From assembly GCA_038320275.1 (NCBI GenBank), contig JBBQEB010000012.1:1-42599 (forward strand): 42,599 bases of DNA, written 5' to 3'. Each line of letters starts with the position of its first letter. Within the stretch, counting starts at the first letter, position 1. The position numbers and the translations under genes are program-made. Shown here piece after piece: positions 9,213 to 17,963 of this stretch. The notes under the pieces were generated by a model. That model saw only the letters and a list, made by a program, of their open reading frames with translations. It was not told the origin of the DNA and did not search any database. The stretch comes from Myxococcales bacterium (GTDB lineage: Bacteria > Myxococcota > Myxococcia > Myxococcales > Anaeromyxobacteraceae).

Positions 9213-10601
9213 GTGGTCCGCGTTTTCAATCACTGGTTCTCGGGTCGGAAGGCGGCGTTCTTCGTCGCGGAGGAGAGCGCGCTCATCCTGGCGGTGCTCG
9301 CCGGGATGTCCCTCGGACCCGTGGCCCATCCGCTCGTCCGCGCCGACCACGCCTTCGGGGCCGCCTTCGTGCGCGCCATCATCGCCGCCATGGCCTTCGC
9401 CGGCGCGCTGTACTTCGGCGATCTGTACGATCTCCGCTCGGCCGCACGCGATCGCAATGACGGCCGGCGCCTGCTCCGCGCTCTGGGCGTCGCGGTGGGG
9501 ATGCTGGCAATCGCCTATCTCATCCTTCCCCTGGTGGTTCCCCTCGGGTGGATCCCCCGCAAGTCGCTCGTACTGGCGGCGGCGGGAGGTGCCCTGGCCG
9601 TCATCGCCGTCCGGGCCGCCATGCCAGCGGTGATCGGCTCTCCGACCCGCGTCCTCTTCGTGGGCACCGGCTCCCGGGCACGCCAGCTCGCGCACTCGCT
9701 GGAAACGGAGGCGGACGGCCTGTTCCAGGTCGTCGGATTCGCGGAGCCGGGGGGCTTCTCCCAGACGGGCGATCCGGCGGTGCCCTTCGTCGGGAGCGTC
9801 GATCAGCTCGCCCGGCGGCTGCGCGCCGAGGTGGTGGTGGTGGCGGTGGAGGATCGGCGGGTGGGGCTGCCGGTCGATGCGCTCCTCGCGTGCCGCACCC
9901 GCGGCATGCACGTCATGAGCGACGTCTCCTTCGCCGAGGCCACCCTGAAGCGCATCCCACTGGAGCTCATCCGGCCGAGCGCTCTCATCTTCGACGAGGG
10001 CTTCCGTCACTCCCCCATCACCCGCGCGGGAAAGCGCGGCCTCGACACCCTCCTCGCGATCGCCATGCTGGTCGCCACCGCCCCGCTCATGGTGCTGACC
10101 GCGATCGCCATCGCGGTCTCGGACGGCCGCCCGATCTTCTACTCGCAGGAGCGCACGGGCGCGATGGGGCGCCCGTACTGCATCTGGAAGTTCAGGACGA
10201 TGCGCCGCGACGCCGAGAAGATGGGCGCGGTCTGGGCCACCGAGCGAGATCCACGCATCCTCAAGGTCGGCAAGATCCTGCGAAAGAGCCGGCTCGACGA
10301 GCTGCCCCAGCTCTGGAACGTCCTGCGCGGCGAGATGAGCTTCGTGGGTCCGCGCCCCGAGCGCCCGGTGTTCCTCGAGGAGCTCAAGAAGCGCTGGCCG
10401 CTCTTCACCTTGCGCGAGCTCGTGAAGCCGGGGCTCACCGGCTGGGCCCAGCTCAAGTACGGGTACAGCTCCACCCTCGAGCAGCAGGCCCGCAAGCTCG
10501 AGTACGACCTCTACTACATCAAGAACACCAGCTTCTTCCTCGACTTCGTCTGCCTCTTCCACACCGCCAAGATCGTCCTCACGGGGAAGGGCGCGAAGTG
10601 A
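9213..10601 (+). CDS. Initiating polyprenyl-phosphate hexose-1-phosphate transferase (ExoE/WcaJ/WbaP-like)
   Basis: AGGAGA SD, GTG start; 4 N-terminal TM; KRGLD, IFYSQER, IWKFRTM, LRKSRLDELPQLWNVLRGEMSFVGPRPE, KPGLTGWAQ, KLEYDLYYI. Confidence 0.95.
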   Translation: MVRVFNHWFSGRKAAFFVAEESALILAVLAGMSLGPVAHPLVRADHAFGAAFVRAIIAAMAFAGALYFGDLYDLRSAARDRNDGRRLLRALGVAVGMLAIAYLILPLVVPLGWIPRKSLVLAAAGGALAVIAVRAAMPAVIGSPTRVLFVGTGSRARQLAHSLETEADGLFQVVGFAEPGGFSQTGDPAVPFVGSVDQLARRLRAEVVVVAVEDRRVGLPVDALLACRTRGMHVMSDVSFAEATLKRIPLELIRPSALIFDEGFRHSPITRAGKRGLDTLLAIAMLVATAPLMVLTAIAIAVSDGRPIFYSQERTGAMGRPYCIWKFRTMRRDAEKMGAVWATERDPRILKVGKILRKSRLDELPQLWNVLRGEMSFVGPRPERPVFLEELKKRWPLFTLRELVKPGLTGWAQLKYGYSSTLEQQARKLEYDLYYIKNTSFFLDFVCLFHTAKIVLTGKGAK

Positions 10602-10771
10602 TCCACGTGGCCGAGCGCGCTCCGGCCGCGGCCGTCGAGCCCGCCCGGACCCGCATCGCGGTGCTTGCTGGGCCCGGTCCGCTCACGGCGCTCTTCCAGC
10701 AACGCTTCGCGGGAGAGGGCGGGCTCGCCGGGCACACCGTGGGCATGCCTCCCGGCGGCGAGAGGGACTGA
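10598..10771 (+). pseudogene. Internally deleted YvcK/GlmR (UPF0052, ExoF-like) remnant, 57 codons
   Basis: GTGA-coupled to previous stop; RTRIAVL joined to PLTALFQQRFAGEGGLAGHTVG, matching the YvcK LFQxRF...LxGHxxGN motif; GGGTG loop and C-terminal ~200 aa absent. Confidence 0.7.
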
Positions 10772-10840
10772 AGCGATGCGCCGAGGCGGGGTGCCGAGGG
10801 GGTGCGGTCGGGAAGCGCTCGCCTTCGCGGAGGGCGCAGC

Positions 10841-11974
10841 ATGAGCCTTGCGCTCTCCCGCGGTCCCGCGTCCGTGGAGCGGCCGTCCTGCACCGTGCAG
10901 GAGGTGCAGGGGAGGTCGGGCTTTGCCGGCCTCCGCGACGAGTGGGACGCGTTGCTGGCGCGCGGCCCCGTCGACCAGCCGTTCACGCGCCACGCCTACC
11001 TCGCCGCCTGGCTCGACGCCTTCGCGCCGGACGCGCGCCTGCGCGTGCTCGTGGCGCGCGGGCCGAGCGGCCGTGCCGCCGCCATGGCGCCCCTCATCGA
11101 GGAGCGGCGCGCCGGCGTGGTGACGCTCGGCTCCCCCTCCAATGACCATTCTTCGCGCTGCGGTTGGGCGCTGGGCGAGGACCCGGAGGCCGGCGTGGGG
11201 GCGCTCTGGGCGCACCTGCGCGACCGCATGCGCTGGGACGTGCTCGTGCTGCGCGACGTGGTCCGTGACGAGCCGACCTCCGCGCTCGTGGAGGAGCACG
11301 CCCGGGCCGACCGCCACCTCACGGGGCGCTGGGAGTCGCTCCGGACCCCGTATCTCACGCTCGGTGAACAGCCGCGCGAGGAGCTCGTCTCGTCGAAGTT
11401 CCTCGCCAACCTCAGGCGGCGGATGCGCCGCCTGGGAGAGCTGGGAGCCGTCTCGTACCGGCGGGTGGATGGAGGAACCGAAGCGGTGGACACCTTCCTG
11501 GACGCCTTCTTTGCGCTGGAGGCGGCGGGATGGAAGGGCGAGCGCGGCACAGCCATCGCGAAGGACCCGGCGCTCGTCGCCTTCTATCGCGGCGTGGCGC
11601 ACGCGGCCGCGCGGGAGGGCTGGCTGGCGCTGCGCGCCCTGGAGCTCGACGGCAAGCCCATCGCCATGCACTTTGGCCTCCGTCACCGCGGGATCTACTC
11701 GCTGCCGAAGCCCGCGTACGACGAGGCGCACGGCAACCTCTCCCCCGGCCAGCTCCTCTTTCGCGAGGTCCTCGCCGAGTGCGAGGCTCGCCGGCTCTCC
11801 CAGCTCGACTTCCTCGGACCCGACATGCCCTGGAAGCGCGACTGGGAGCCCAGCTTCCGGATACACGACTGGCTGTACGTCTACCGGCCCGGGCTCGCCG
11901 GGACGGCGCTCCACGCCGTGAAGCACCGCTTGCGACCCTTGGCCAAGGAGGTGATGGCGTGGTGGAGACGGTGA
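10841..11974 (+). CDS. GNAT (CelD/BcsL, Acetyltransf_6-type) acyltransferase, ExoG-like
   Basis: GGAGGG SD; EWDALL...PF...AAW; NLRRRMRRL, EAAGWKGERG, AYDEAHGNLSPGQLL, LDFLGPDMPWKRDW. Confidence 0.85.
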   Translation: MSLALSRGPASVERPSCTVQEVQGRSGFAGLRDEWDALLARGPVDQPFTRHAYLAAWLDAFAPDARLRVLVARGPSGRAAAMAPLIEERRAGVVTLGSPSNDHSSRCGWALGEDPEAGVGALWAHLRDRMRWDVLVLRDVVRDEPTSALVEEHARADRHLTGRWESLRTPYLTLGEQPREELVSSKFLANLRRRMRRLGELGAVSYRRVDGGTEAVDTFLDAFFALEAAGWKGERGTAIAKDPALVAFYRGVAHAAAREGWLALRALELDGKPIAMHFGLRHRGIYSLPKPAYDEAHGNLSPGQLLFREVLAECEARRLSQLDFLGPDMPWKRDWEPSFRIHDWLYVYRPGLAGTALHAVKHRLRPLAKEVMAWWRR

Positions 11975-13143
11975 TGAAGGCCCAAGGAGCGCCCGATCGC
12001 GCCGCGCAGCGCCAGCTCCGGCGGGTGGTGACGGCGCTGCCCACGCTGGACCCGCGCATGCTCGCGCCCCGGCTGGGCGGAGCCGCTGCGCCGTTTCCGC
12101 TCGGGGCGGGCGAGGTGCGCCGCTATTACTTCGCGCGCAACGGCGTCTATTCCGGCGCGCGGATGCTCGGCCTGTCGGGCCGCGAGGTTCTCGTCCCCGC
12201 TTACCACCACGGCGTCGAGGTGGAGGCGCTCGAGGCGGCCGGCGCGATCCCCCGCTTCGTCCGGGTCGACGCCCGCATGCGGCTCGACCTCGAGGCTCTG
12301 GAGCGGAGCATCGGCCCGCGGACGGGCGCCGTTTACGTCATCCACTACCTGGGCTTCCCGCAGCCCATGGCCGACATCACCGGCCTCGCCGCGCGGCACG
12401 GGCTTCCCGTCATCGAGGACTGCGCGCTGTCGCTCCTGTCCCGCGACGGCGGGGTCCCGCTCGGCTCGCGGGGCGACCTGGGCGTCTTCTGCCTGTACAA
12501 GACCCTGCCGGTGCCGAATGGTGGGATGCTCTCCCTCAACAGACCGCTCGACGTCCCCGCGGCGAGGAGGCGAGCCCCCCTGGCCAGCACGCTCTCGCAC
12601 GCCGCGGGGAGCATGCTCGCGTACACCGCGCTCCGGTTCGGGGCGGCGGGGGAGGTGGTTCGCGAGACGGTCCGGCAAACGGGGCGTACCGTGCGCAGCG
12701 TCACCGGGGTGCACGCGCTCTCCACCGGCACCACGCACTTCGATCCCAGCACCGCCGACGTGGGGATGAGCGGGCTCACCCGGCTCATCCTCCGGAACCT
12801 CGACTACGAAGCCATCGTCGAGGCCCGGCGGCGGAACTGGTTCTTCCTGTTCTCGCGGCTGCGCGATGCGGCGCCGCCCGTTCAGGTGGAGCTTCCCCCG
12901 GGCGCCTGCCCGCTGTTCTATCCCCTGCTGTGCAAGGACAAGGACGCGGTGGGGGCTCGCCTCGCCGCGGACGGAATCGAGACGGTGGATTTCTGGCGCG
13001 AGGGCCACCCTGCTTGCGATCCCGGAGCGTTTCCGGAGGTCGCGGCACTGCGGCGCCAGGTGCTCGAGATCCCGCTCCATCAGGACCTCTCCGCGGAGGA
13101 CATGGCCTACGTCGCCGCGGCCGTGCGGGAGGCGCTGGAATGA
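11974..13143 (+). CDS. DegT/DnrJ/EryC1/StrS-family PLP sugar aminotransferase, ExoH-like
   Basis: TGATG overlap; VLVPAY, IHYLGFPQ, VIEDCAL, FCLYKTLPVPNGG, LEIPLHQDL. Confidence 0.85.
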   Translation: MKAQGAPDRAAQRQLRRVVTALPTLDPRMLAPRLGGAAAPFPLGAGEVRRYYFARNGVYSGARMLGLSGREVLVPAYHHGVEVEALEAAGAIPRFVRVDARMRLDLEALERSIGPRTGAVYVIHYLGFPQPMADITGLAARHGLPVIEDCALSLLSRDGGVPLGSRGDLGVFCLYKTLPVPNGGMLSLNRPLDVPAARRRAPLASTLSHAAGSMLAYTALRFGAAGEVVRETVRQTGRTVRSVTGVHALSTGTTHFDPSTADVGMSGLTRLILRNLDYEAIVEARRRNWFFLFSRLRDAAPPVQVELPPGACPLFYPLLCKDKDAVGARLAADGIETVDFWREGHPACDPGAFPEVAALRRQVLEIPLHQDLSAEDMAYVAAAVREALE

Positions 13144-14423
13144 GCGGTGCTCCGCCCGCGGAGCGCACCGCCGCGCCCGTCTCGATCCGAGTCGTGGAGA
13201 GCGACGATCCGGCGCGCCTGGCACAGCTCCGGAACGAGTGGGCGGAGCTCTACGTCCAGGCGGGCTCGCCCAATCCCTTCCTGACCTGGGAATGGCAGTA
13301 CACCTTCTGGAGGGTCTTCGCGCAGCGGCGCGCTCTCTGGATCCTGGAGGCCCGCGACCGCGGCGAGCGGCTGGTGGGGCTCCTCATCTTTTCGGCGCGC
13401 GGATCGCTGGGCCAACCGCGCCGCTGGACGCTGCTCACGAACGGGCTCACCGGTACCGACGCGCTCGACGTCCTGGCGGTTCCGGGCTTCCTCTCCTCCG
13501 TCCGGGAGGCGTTCGCGTATGCCATCGCGAATGCGCTTCCGCGCTGGGACCAGCTCGAACTGGAAGACCTCCCGTTTGGGAGTGCCACGGTGGTGGCCCT
13601 GAGGAACGCGCTGGCGCCGCGAGGCGTTCACGCCTCGGTCGAACCGCGCTTCATCTGCCCGGGCTTCGCGCTGCGGGGGAGCTACGCCGAGCACCTGGCG
13701 TCCTTTCGCCGGAAGGACAACTACCTGCGCCGGCGGAGGTGGCTGGAGAAACAGCCCTCCTACCGGGTCGAGGTCATCGACTCGCCGGGGGAGGCCCGCG
13801 CGGCCATGGAGGACTTCCTCCGCCTGCACCACCTCCGATGGGACGCAGAAGGGGGCTCCGCGGGCATCCCGCGGGGTCTCACCGAGGATTTTCACCTCGA
13901 CGTGGCGCCCCTCCTGGCACAGCGCGGCTGGCTGCGGCTGTATCGCCTGATGATGGGCGACACGTCGATCGCGGCCGTGTACGGCATCGAGACGGGGGGT
14001 CGCTTCTACTACTATCAGTCTGGTATGGATCCCGCTTGGTCCAACCGCAGCCCGGGCCTCGTGCTCATCGGAAAGACGGTCGAGGACGCGTATGCACGGC
14101 GGCTCACCGACTACGACTTCTTGCGCGGCACCGAGCCACACAAGCTCGACTGGGCCACGGACCGCCGCGAGACGTGCGCGCTCCGGCTGCGCGCACCGGG
14201 CCTGCGGAATGACGCCGGAGCAGCGGCGCAGGAAGTGTTCAGGGCAGCGCGTCAGGCCGCCAGGTCCATCGCGCCCGAAGGGGTGTGGAGCACCTTGCAG
14301 AGGGTGCGACGTCAGGTGACGGTGAACGGCCTTTCGGGCCTGAGCCTGAACGGGCCCCCTCCCGGAGCAGCGCCGCGCGCCGAGAAGCAGCAGGTTTCAC
14401 AGGACGGACCGAAGGAGAGGTGA
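13140..14423 (+). CDS. GNAT (CelD/BcsL-type) acyltransferase, ExoI-like
   Basis: ATGA overlap; NPFLTWEW, FLRLHHLRW, YYYQSGMDP...SPGLVL, YDFLRGTEPHKLDW. Confidence 0.85.
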   Translation: MSGAPPAERTAAPVSIRVVESDDPARLAQLRNEWAELYVQAGSPNPFLTWEWQYTFWRVFAQRRALWILEARDRGERLVGLLIFSARGSLGQPRRWTLLTNGLTGTDALDVLAVPGFLSSVREAFAYAIANALPRWDQLELEDLPFGSATVVALRNALAPRGVHASVEPRFICPGFALRGSYAEHLASFRRKDNYLRRRRWLEKQPSYRVEVIDSPGEARAAMEDFLRLHHLRWDAEGGSAGIPRGLTEDFHLDVAPLLAQRGWLRLYRLMMGDTSIAAVYGIETGGRFYYYQSGMDPAWSNRSPGLVLIGKTVEDAYARRLTDYDFLRGTEPHKLDWATDRRETCALRLRAPGLRNDAGAAAQEVFRAARQAARSIAPEGVWSTLQRVRRQVTVNGLSGLSLNGPPPGAAPRAEKQQVSQDGPKER

Positions 14424-14427
14424 GCCG

Positions 14428-15654
14428 ATGAAGGCGGTGCAGGCGGACAACAGCGCCAAGTGGATCGTGCGACGCGCGGCGAAGACCGCCGTCGCCGGCG
14501 CGCTGTGTGCCGCCGGCGCACGCTGGGCCGTCCGGGCCATCGCGCGCCGCGCAGCCGGCGGCGCCCGCGTCGTCATCCTCTCGTATCACCGGCCCACGCC
14601 CGATTTCGGGGCGGACTCGCGCGCCGGACTCCCTTCGATGCTGGTCTCCACCGAGACCCTGAGGCTCCAGATCGCGCAGCTCGCCCGCCAGCGGGAGATC
14701 CTGTCGCTCGACGAGGCCTGCCGCCGCCTGTCGCGCGAGCCCTCCCGGCGGCCGCCCAAGGGGGAGCCTGACGCAGCCGTCATCACCTTCGACGACGGAT
14801 ACGTCGATGTCTACCGGGAGGCGCTCCCGGTCCTGCGCGACCTGCGGGTTCCAGCTGCCGTGTACGTTCCCACAGGTTTCGTGGGCACCGCCCGGCGGCT
14901 CCTGCACGATCGGCTCTTCTCCGCGCTCGCCGAGCTCGATCGCCGGCACGTCCACCCGCACGAAGCAGGGCTCCCCGTCGAACCGCAGAGAATCTTCGAC
15001 GCGAGCGCTGGCAAGACGTCGGCCGACACCTTGAACGCCCTCATCGGCACCGTCGATCACGAGCGGTTGGGAGAATTCACGACGGCCCTCGAGCACCGCC
15101 TGGGGATGCACGAGACCGATCTCCCGGACGGAACGCGCGTCCTGACCTGGGACGAGCTCCGGGCGCTGAAGGCGGGCGAGGTCGATGTGGGTGGCCATAC
15201 CGTTCATCACGCCATGCTCGCCAACATTCCCCGCGCGCGCGTCGAAGCCGAAGTGCGCGGCTGCCGGGACGACATCGCTTCCCACCTGGGCGACCCGCCG
15301 CGCCACTTCGCCTATCCCAACGGCTACTACACGCCGACTGCCCAGCGCGTCCTCGCAGCCTGCGGGTTCGTCTCGGCGGTCACCACCGAAGACGTCGAGA
15401 ACCGCTGCGGAGGCGACCTCCTCAGCCTGAAGCGGAAGACGGTGTGGGAGAACAGCACCCTCGGGCCGATCCGGTACAACAGCGCCGTCGCCGCCGTGTA
15501 CATCGACAACGTCTTTGGCGTGCTGGGCTTGAAGAAGTCGCACTCCGGGGAGCGCCCGGACCTCGACGAGGCGCTGGTAGGCGGTGCGCAGCCAGCGGCC
15601 GCGCAGCTATCTCCGAAGGCGACCGAAGTCGAGCAGGAACGCGTCGCCGGCTGA
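14428..15654 (+). CDS. Polysaccharide deacetylase (CE4/NodB), ExoL-like
   Basis: ILSYHR, ITFDDGY, LTWDEL, VGGHTVHH, FAYPNG. Confidence 0.9.
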   Translation: MKAVQADNSAKWIVRRAAKTAVAGALCAAGARWAVRAIARRAAGGARVVILSYHRPTPDFGADSRAGLPSMLVSTETLRLQIAQLARQREILSLDEACRRLSREPSRRPPKGEPDAAVITFDDGYVDVYREALPVLRDLRVPAAVYVPTGFVGTARRLLHDRLFSALAELDRRHVHPHEAGLPVEPQRIFDASAGKTSADTLNALIGTVDHERLGEFTTALEHRLGMHETDLPDGTRVLTWDELRALKAGEVDVGGHTVHHAMLANIPRARVEAEVRGCRDDIASHLGDPPRHFAYPNGYYTPTAQRVLAACGFVSAVTTEDVENRCGGDLLSLKRKTVWENSTLGPIRYNSAVAAVYIDNVFGVLGLKKSHSGERPDLDEALVGGAQPAAAQLSPKATEVEQERVAG

Positions 15655-15719
15655 CCCAGGCGGGAGGCCGCGCCGGGCGCTCGTCGCCACCGGCTAGCAC
15701 GCTTGGCGCGAGCGGCACG

Positions 15720-16796
15720 ATGCGCATCGCCCTCATCGGCAACCTTCCGCCACCGCCCGGAGGCGTGGCCACGCACGTCGCCGGGCTCGCGAGCGCCCTC
15801 CGCGAGCGCGGCGCCGAAGTGATCGTGCTCGATCTCGGGTCGATCCGGGCTTCGGGACCGGGCGCGCTTCCGGCCCGTGGTCCGCGGCGGTACGCCCGCG
15901 CGCTCGCCACCATCGCGCCGCGCCGTGCACTCGTTCACGTCCATACGAGCGGTGCAAACTGGAAGAGCTGGGCGGTCGCCGGCGTGGCAGCGCTTGCCCG
16001 AGTGCCGGGGGCGCCCCGCCCCGTTCTGACGCTCCACTCCGGCCTCTTGCCCGGATACCTCTCCGGAGGGGCGGCCAGGCGCAGGCTGGCGCGGGGCACA
16101 TGCGCCCTCTTTGGGCGCGTCTTCGCGGTGAGCGAGGGGATCGCGTCTGCCCTCCACGGCGCTGGCGTGGCGCGCGAGCTCGTGGCAGTGCTCCCGGCCT
16201 ACCTCTCGGGCTCCCCCGTGGTGGGAACGCTCCCGGACGGCGTCCCCGCGTTCAGGGCGTCCAGCCGGCCGCTCTTCTGCGCGGCAATCGCCCCGGGTCC
16301 GACCTACGGAGAGGATCTGCTCGTCGAGGCCTTCTCTCGGGTACGGAGGGATCGGCCGCGCGCGGGGCTCGTCCTCTTTGGCCCGGGGTCGGGTCGCGAG
16401 TCCGGCAGGCGGGAAGACGGCGTGCTGCGACTGGGGCCGCTTCCGCATTCAGCGGCCCTGGCGGTCGTGGAGGCTTCCGATGCCTTCCTCCGGCCCACCC
16501 GCCAGGACGGCGACGCCATCAGCGTGCGGGAGGCGCTCGCCCTGGCCCGCCCGGTCGTGGCGAGCGACTCCGTGCCCCGGCCGGTGGAATGCAGCCTCTT
16601 TTGCAGCGGTGATTCCATGGATCTGGCGCGGGCCATGCTAGAAGCTGCGGAGGTGAGGACGGATCCACTGAAGTGCAGGGACCCCCAGCCGGGACCCGTC
16701 GACACTCTCCTGGCAACCTACCAGGCGCTCGAGGAGAGGCGACCCATAGCGAGCCATTCCGAGCGGGCGGGCGAGCATCCATGTTCCCGTCGGTGA
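15720..16796 (+). CDS. GT-B glycosyltransferase (GT4-like), ExoO-like position
   Basis: MRIALIG..PPPPGGVATHV, VHVH, LTLHSG, SDAFLRPTRQDGDAISVREALALARPVVASD. Confidence 0.85.
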   Translation: MRIALIGNLPPPPGGVATHVAGLASALRERGAEVIVLDLGSIRASGPGALPARGPRRYARALATIAPRRALVHVHTSGANWKSWAVAGVAALARVPGAPRPVLTLHSGLLPGYLSGGAARRRLARGTCALFGRVFAVSEGIASALHGAGVARELVAVLPAYLSGSPVVGTLPDGVPAFRASSRPLFCAAIAPGPTYGEDLLVEAFSRVRRDRPRAGLVLFGPGSGRESGRREDGVLRLGPLPHSAALAVVEASDAFLRPTRQDGDAISVREALALARPVVASDSVPRPVECSLFCSGDSMDLARAMLEAAEVRTDPLKCRDPQPGPVDTLLATYQALEERRPIASHSERAGEHPCSRR

Positions 16797-17953
16797 CGCG
16801 CGCTCTCCAGGGACGGGACATCGTCTGCTTCAGCAACGACTGGGACGGCGATCCGCTGTCCAAGACCCACATCATGCGCGTGCTGGCGCGGGACAACCGC
16901 GTCCTGTGGGTGAACTCGCTCGGAAATCGCGCCCCCCACGCCACCCGTCAGGACGCCCGCCGCGCCGCGACGAAGCTCCGCCAGGTGGCGACGGGTCTCC
17001 GGGAGGTGGAGCCGGGGCTCCACGTCCTCGCGCCCCTCTATCTGCCAGCCTATGGCAAGCGCACCGCCCGCGCCGTGAACGGAGTCCTGGTGCGCTACCA
17101 GGTCCTCCGCGCGATGCGCAGGCTCGGCTTCCAGCGGCCCATCTCCTGGTCCTTCCTTCCCAGCGCCGCTCCGGTGGTGGGGACGCTCGGCGAGGAGCTC
17201 GTGGTCTATCACGTGGTGGACGAGTTCTCGGCCTTCAGCGACGCGAGCGAGCACGTGCCCGAGATGGAGGCCGAGCTGCTGGCCAGGGCCGATCTGGTGG
17301 TCGCGAGCTCCGCGCCCCTGGCGGAGGCGAAGGCCAAGCTGAACCCCACGACCTTCCTCGTCCGGCACGGGGTCGACCACGCCCATTTCGCAAAGGCGGT
17401 CGACCCCGCCACCCCGGTGGCGGACGCCATCCGGGCCTTGCCCCGCCCCGTCATCGGTTTCGTCGGCCTGATCGCCGACTGGATCGACCTCGAGCTGGTG
17501 CGCCGGGTGGCGGACGCCTATCCAGAGGCCTCGGTCGTCCTGCTGGGCGGAGTCATCACCTCGCTGGCCCCGCTCCACGGCGCACCCAACGTGCATGTCC
17601 TCGGCCGGAAGCCGTACGCCTCGTTGCCGGGGTACCTGCGCGGCTTCGACGTCGCGCTCACGCCCTTTCGCCTGAACGAGCTGGCACGGAACGCGAACCC
17701 CTTGAAGGCGCGCGAGTACGTCGCGGCCGGGCTGCCCAACGTGTGCACCGACCTCCCGGAGCTCCGCGCCATCCCGGGCTGCACGGTGGCGCGCACGCAA
17801 GAGGAGTTCGTGGCGGCCGTGGGGCGCGCGCTCGCCGATGGCGGGCCGAGCGCGGAGCGCTCCGCGCTGGTGCGCGCCGAGAGCTGGGAAGCGCGGGTGG
17901 ACGAGATCCGCGGCCACGTCGAGGCGCTGCTCGCGCGCCGGGCCGCCGCATGA
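16781..17953 (+). CDS. GT-B glycosyltransferase (GT4/TuaH-like), ExoP-like position
   Basis: DIVCFSNDW, VYHVVDEF, VRHGVD, PVIGFVGLIADWID, FDVALTPF, NPLKAREYVAAGLP. Confidence 0.88.
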   Translation: MFPSVTRALQGRDIVCFSNDWDGDPLSKTHIMRVLARDNRVLWVNSLGNRAPHATRQDARRAATKLRQVATGLREVEPGLHVLAPLYLPAYGKRTARAVNGVLVRYQVLRAMRRLGFQRPISWSFLPSAAPVVGTLGEELVVYHVVDEFSAFSDASEHVPEMEAELLARADLVVASSAPLAEAKAKLNPTTFLVRHGVDHAHFAKAVDPATPVADAIRALPRPVIGFVGLIADWIDLELVRRVADAYPEASVVLLGGVITSLAPLHGAPNVHVLGRKPYASLPGYLRGFDVALTPFRLNELARNANPLKAREYVAAGLPNVCTDLPELRAIPGCTVARTQEEFVAAVGRALADGGPSAERSALVRAESWEARVDEIRGHVEALLARRAAA

Positions 17954-17963
17954 GGAGGAAGCG

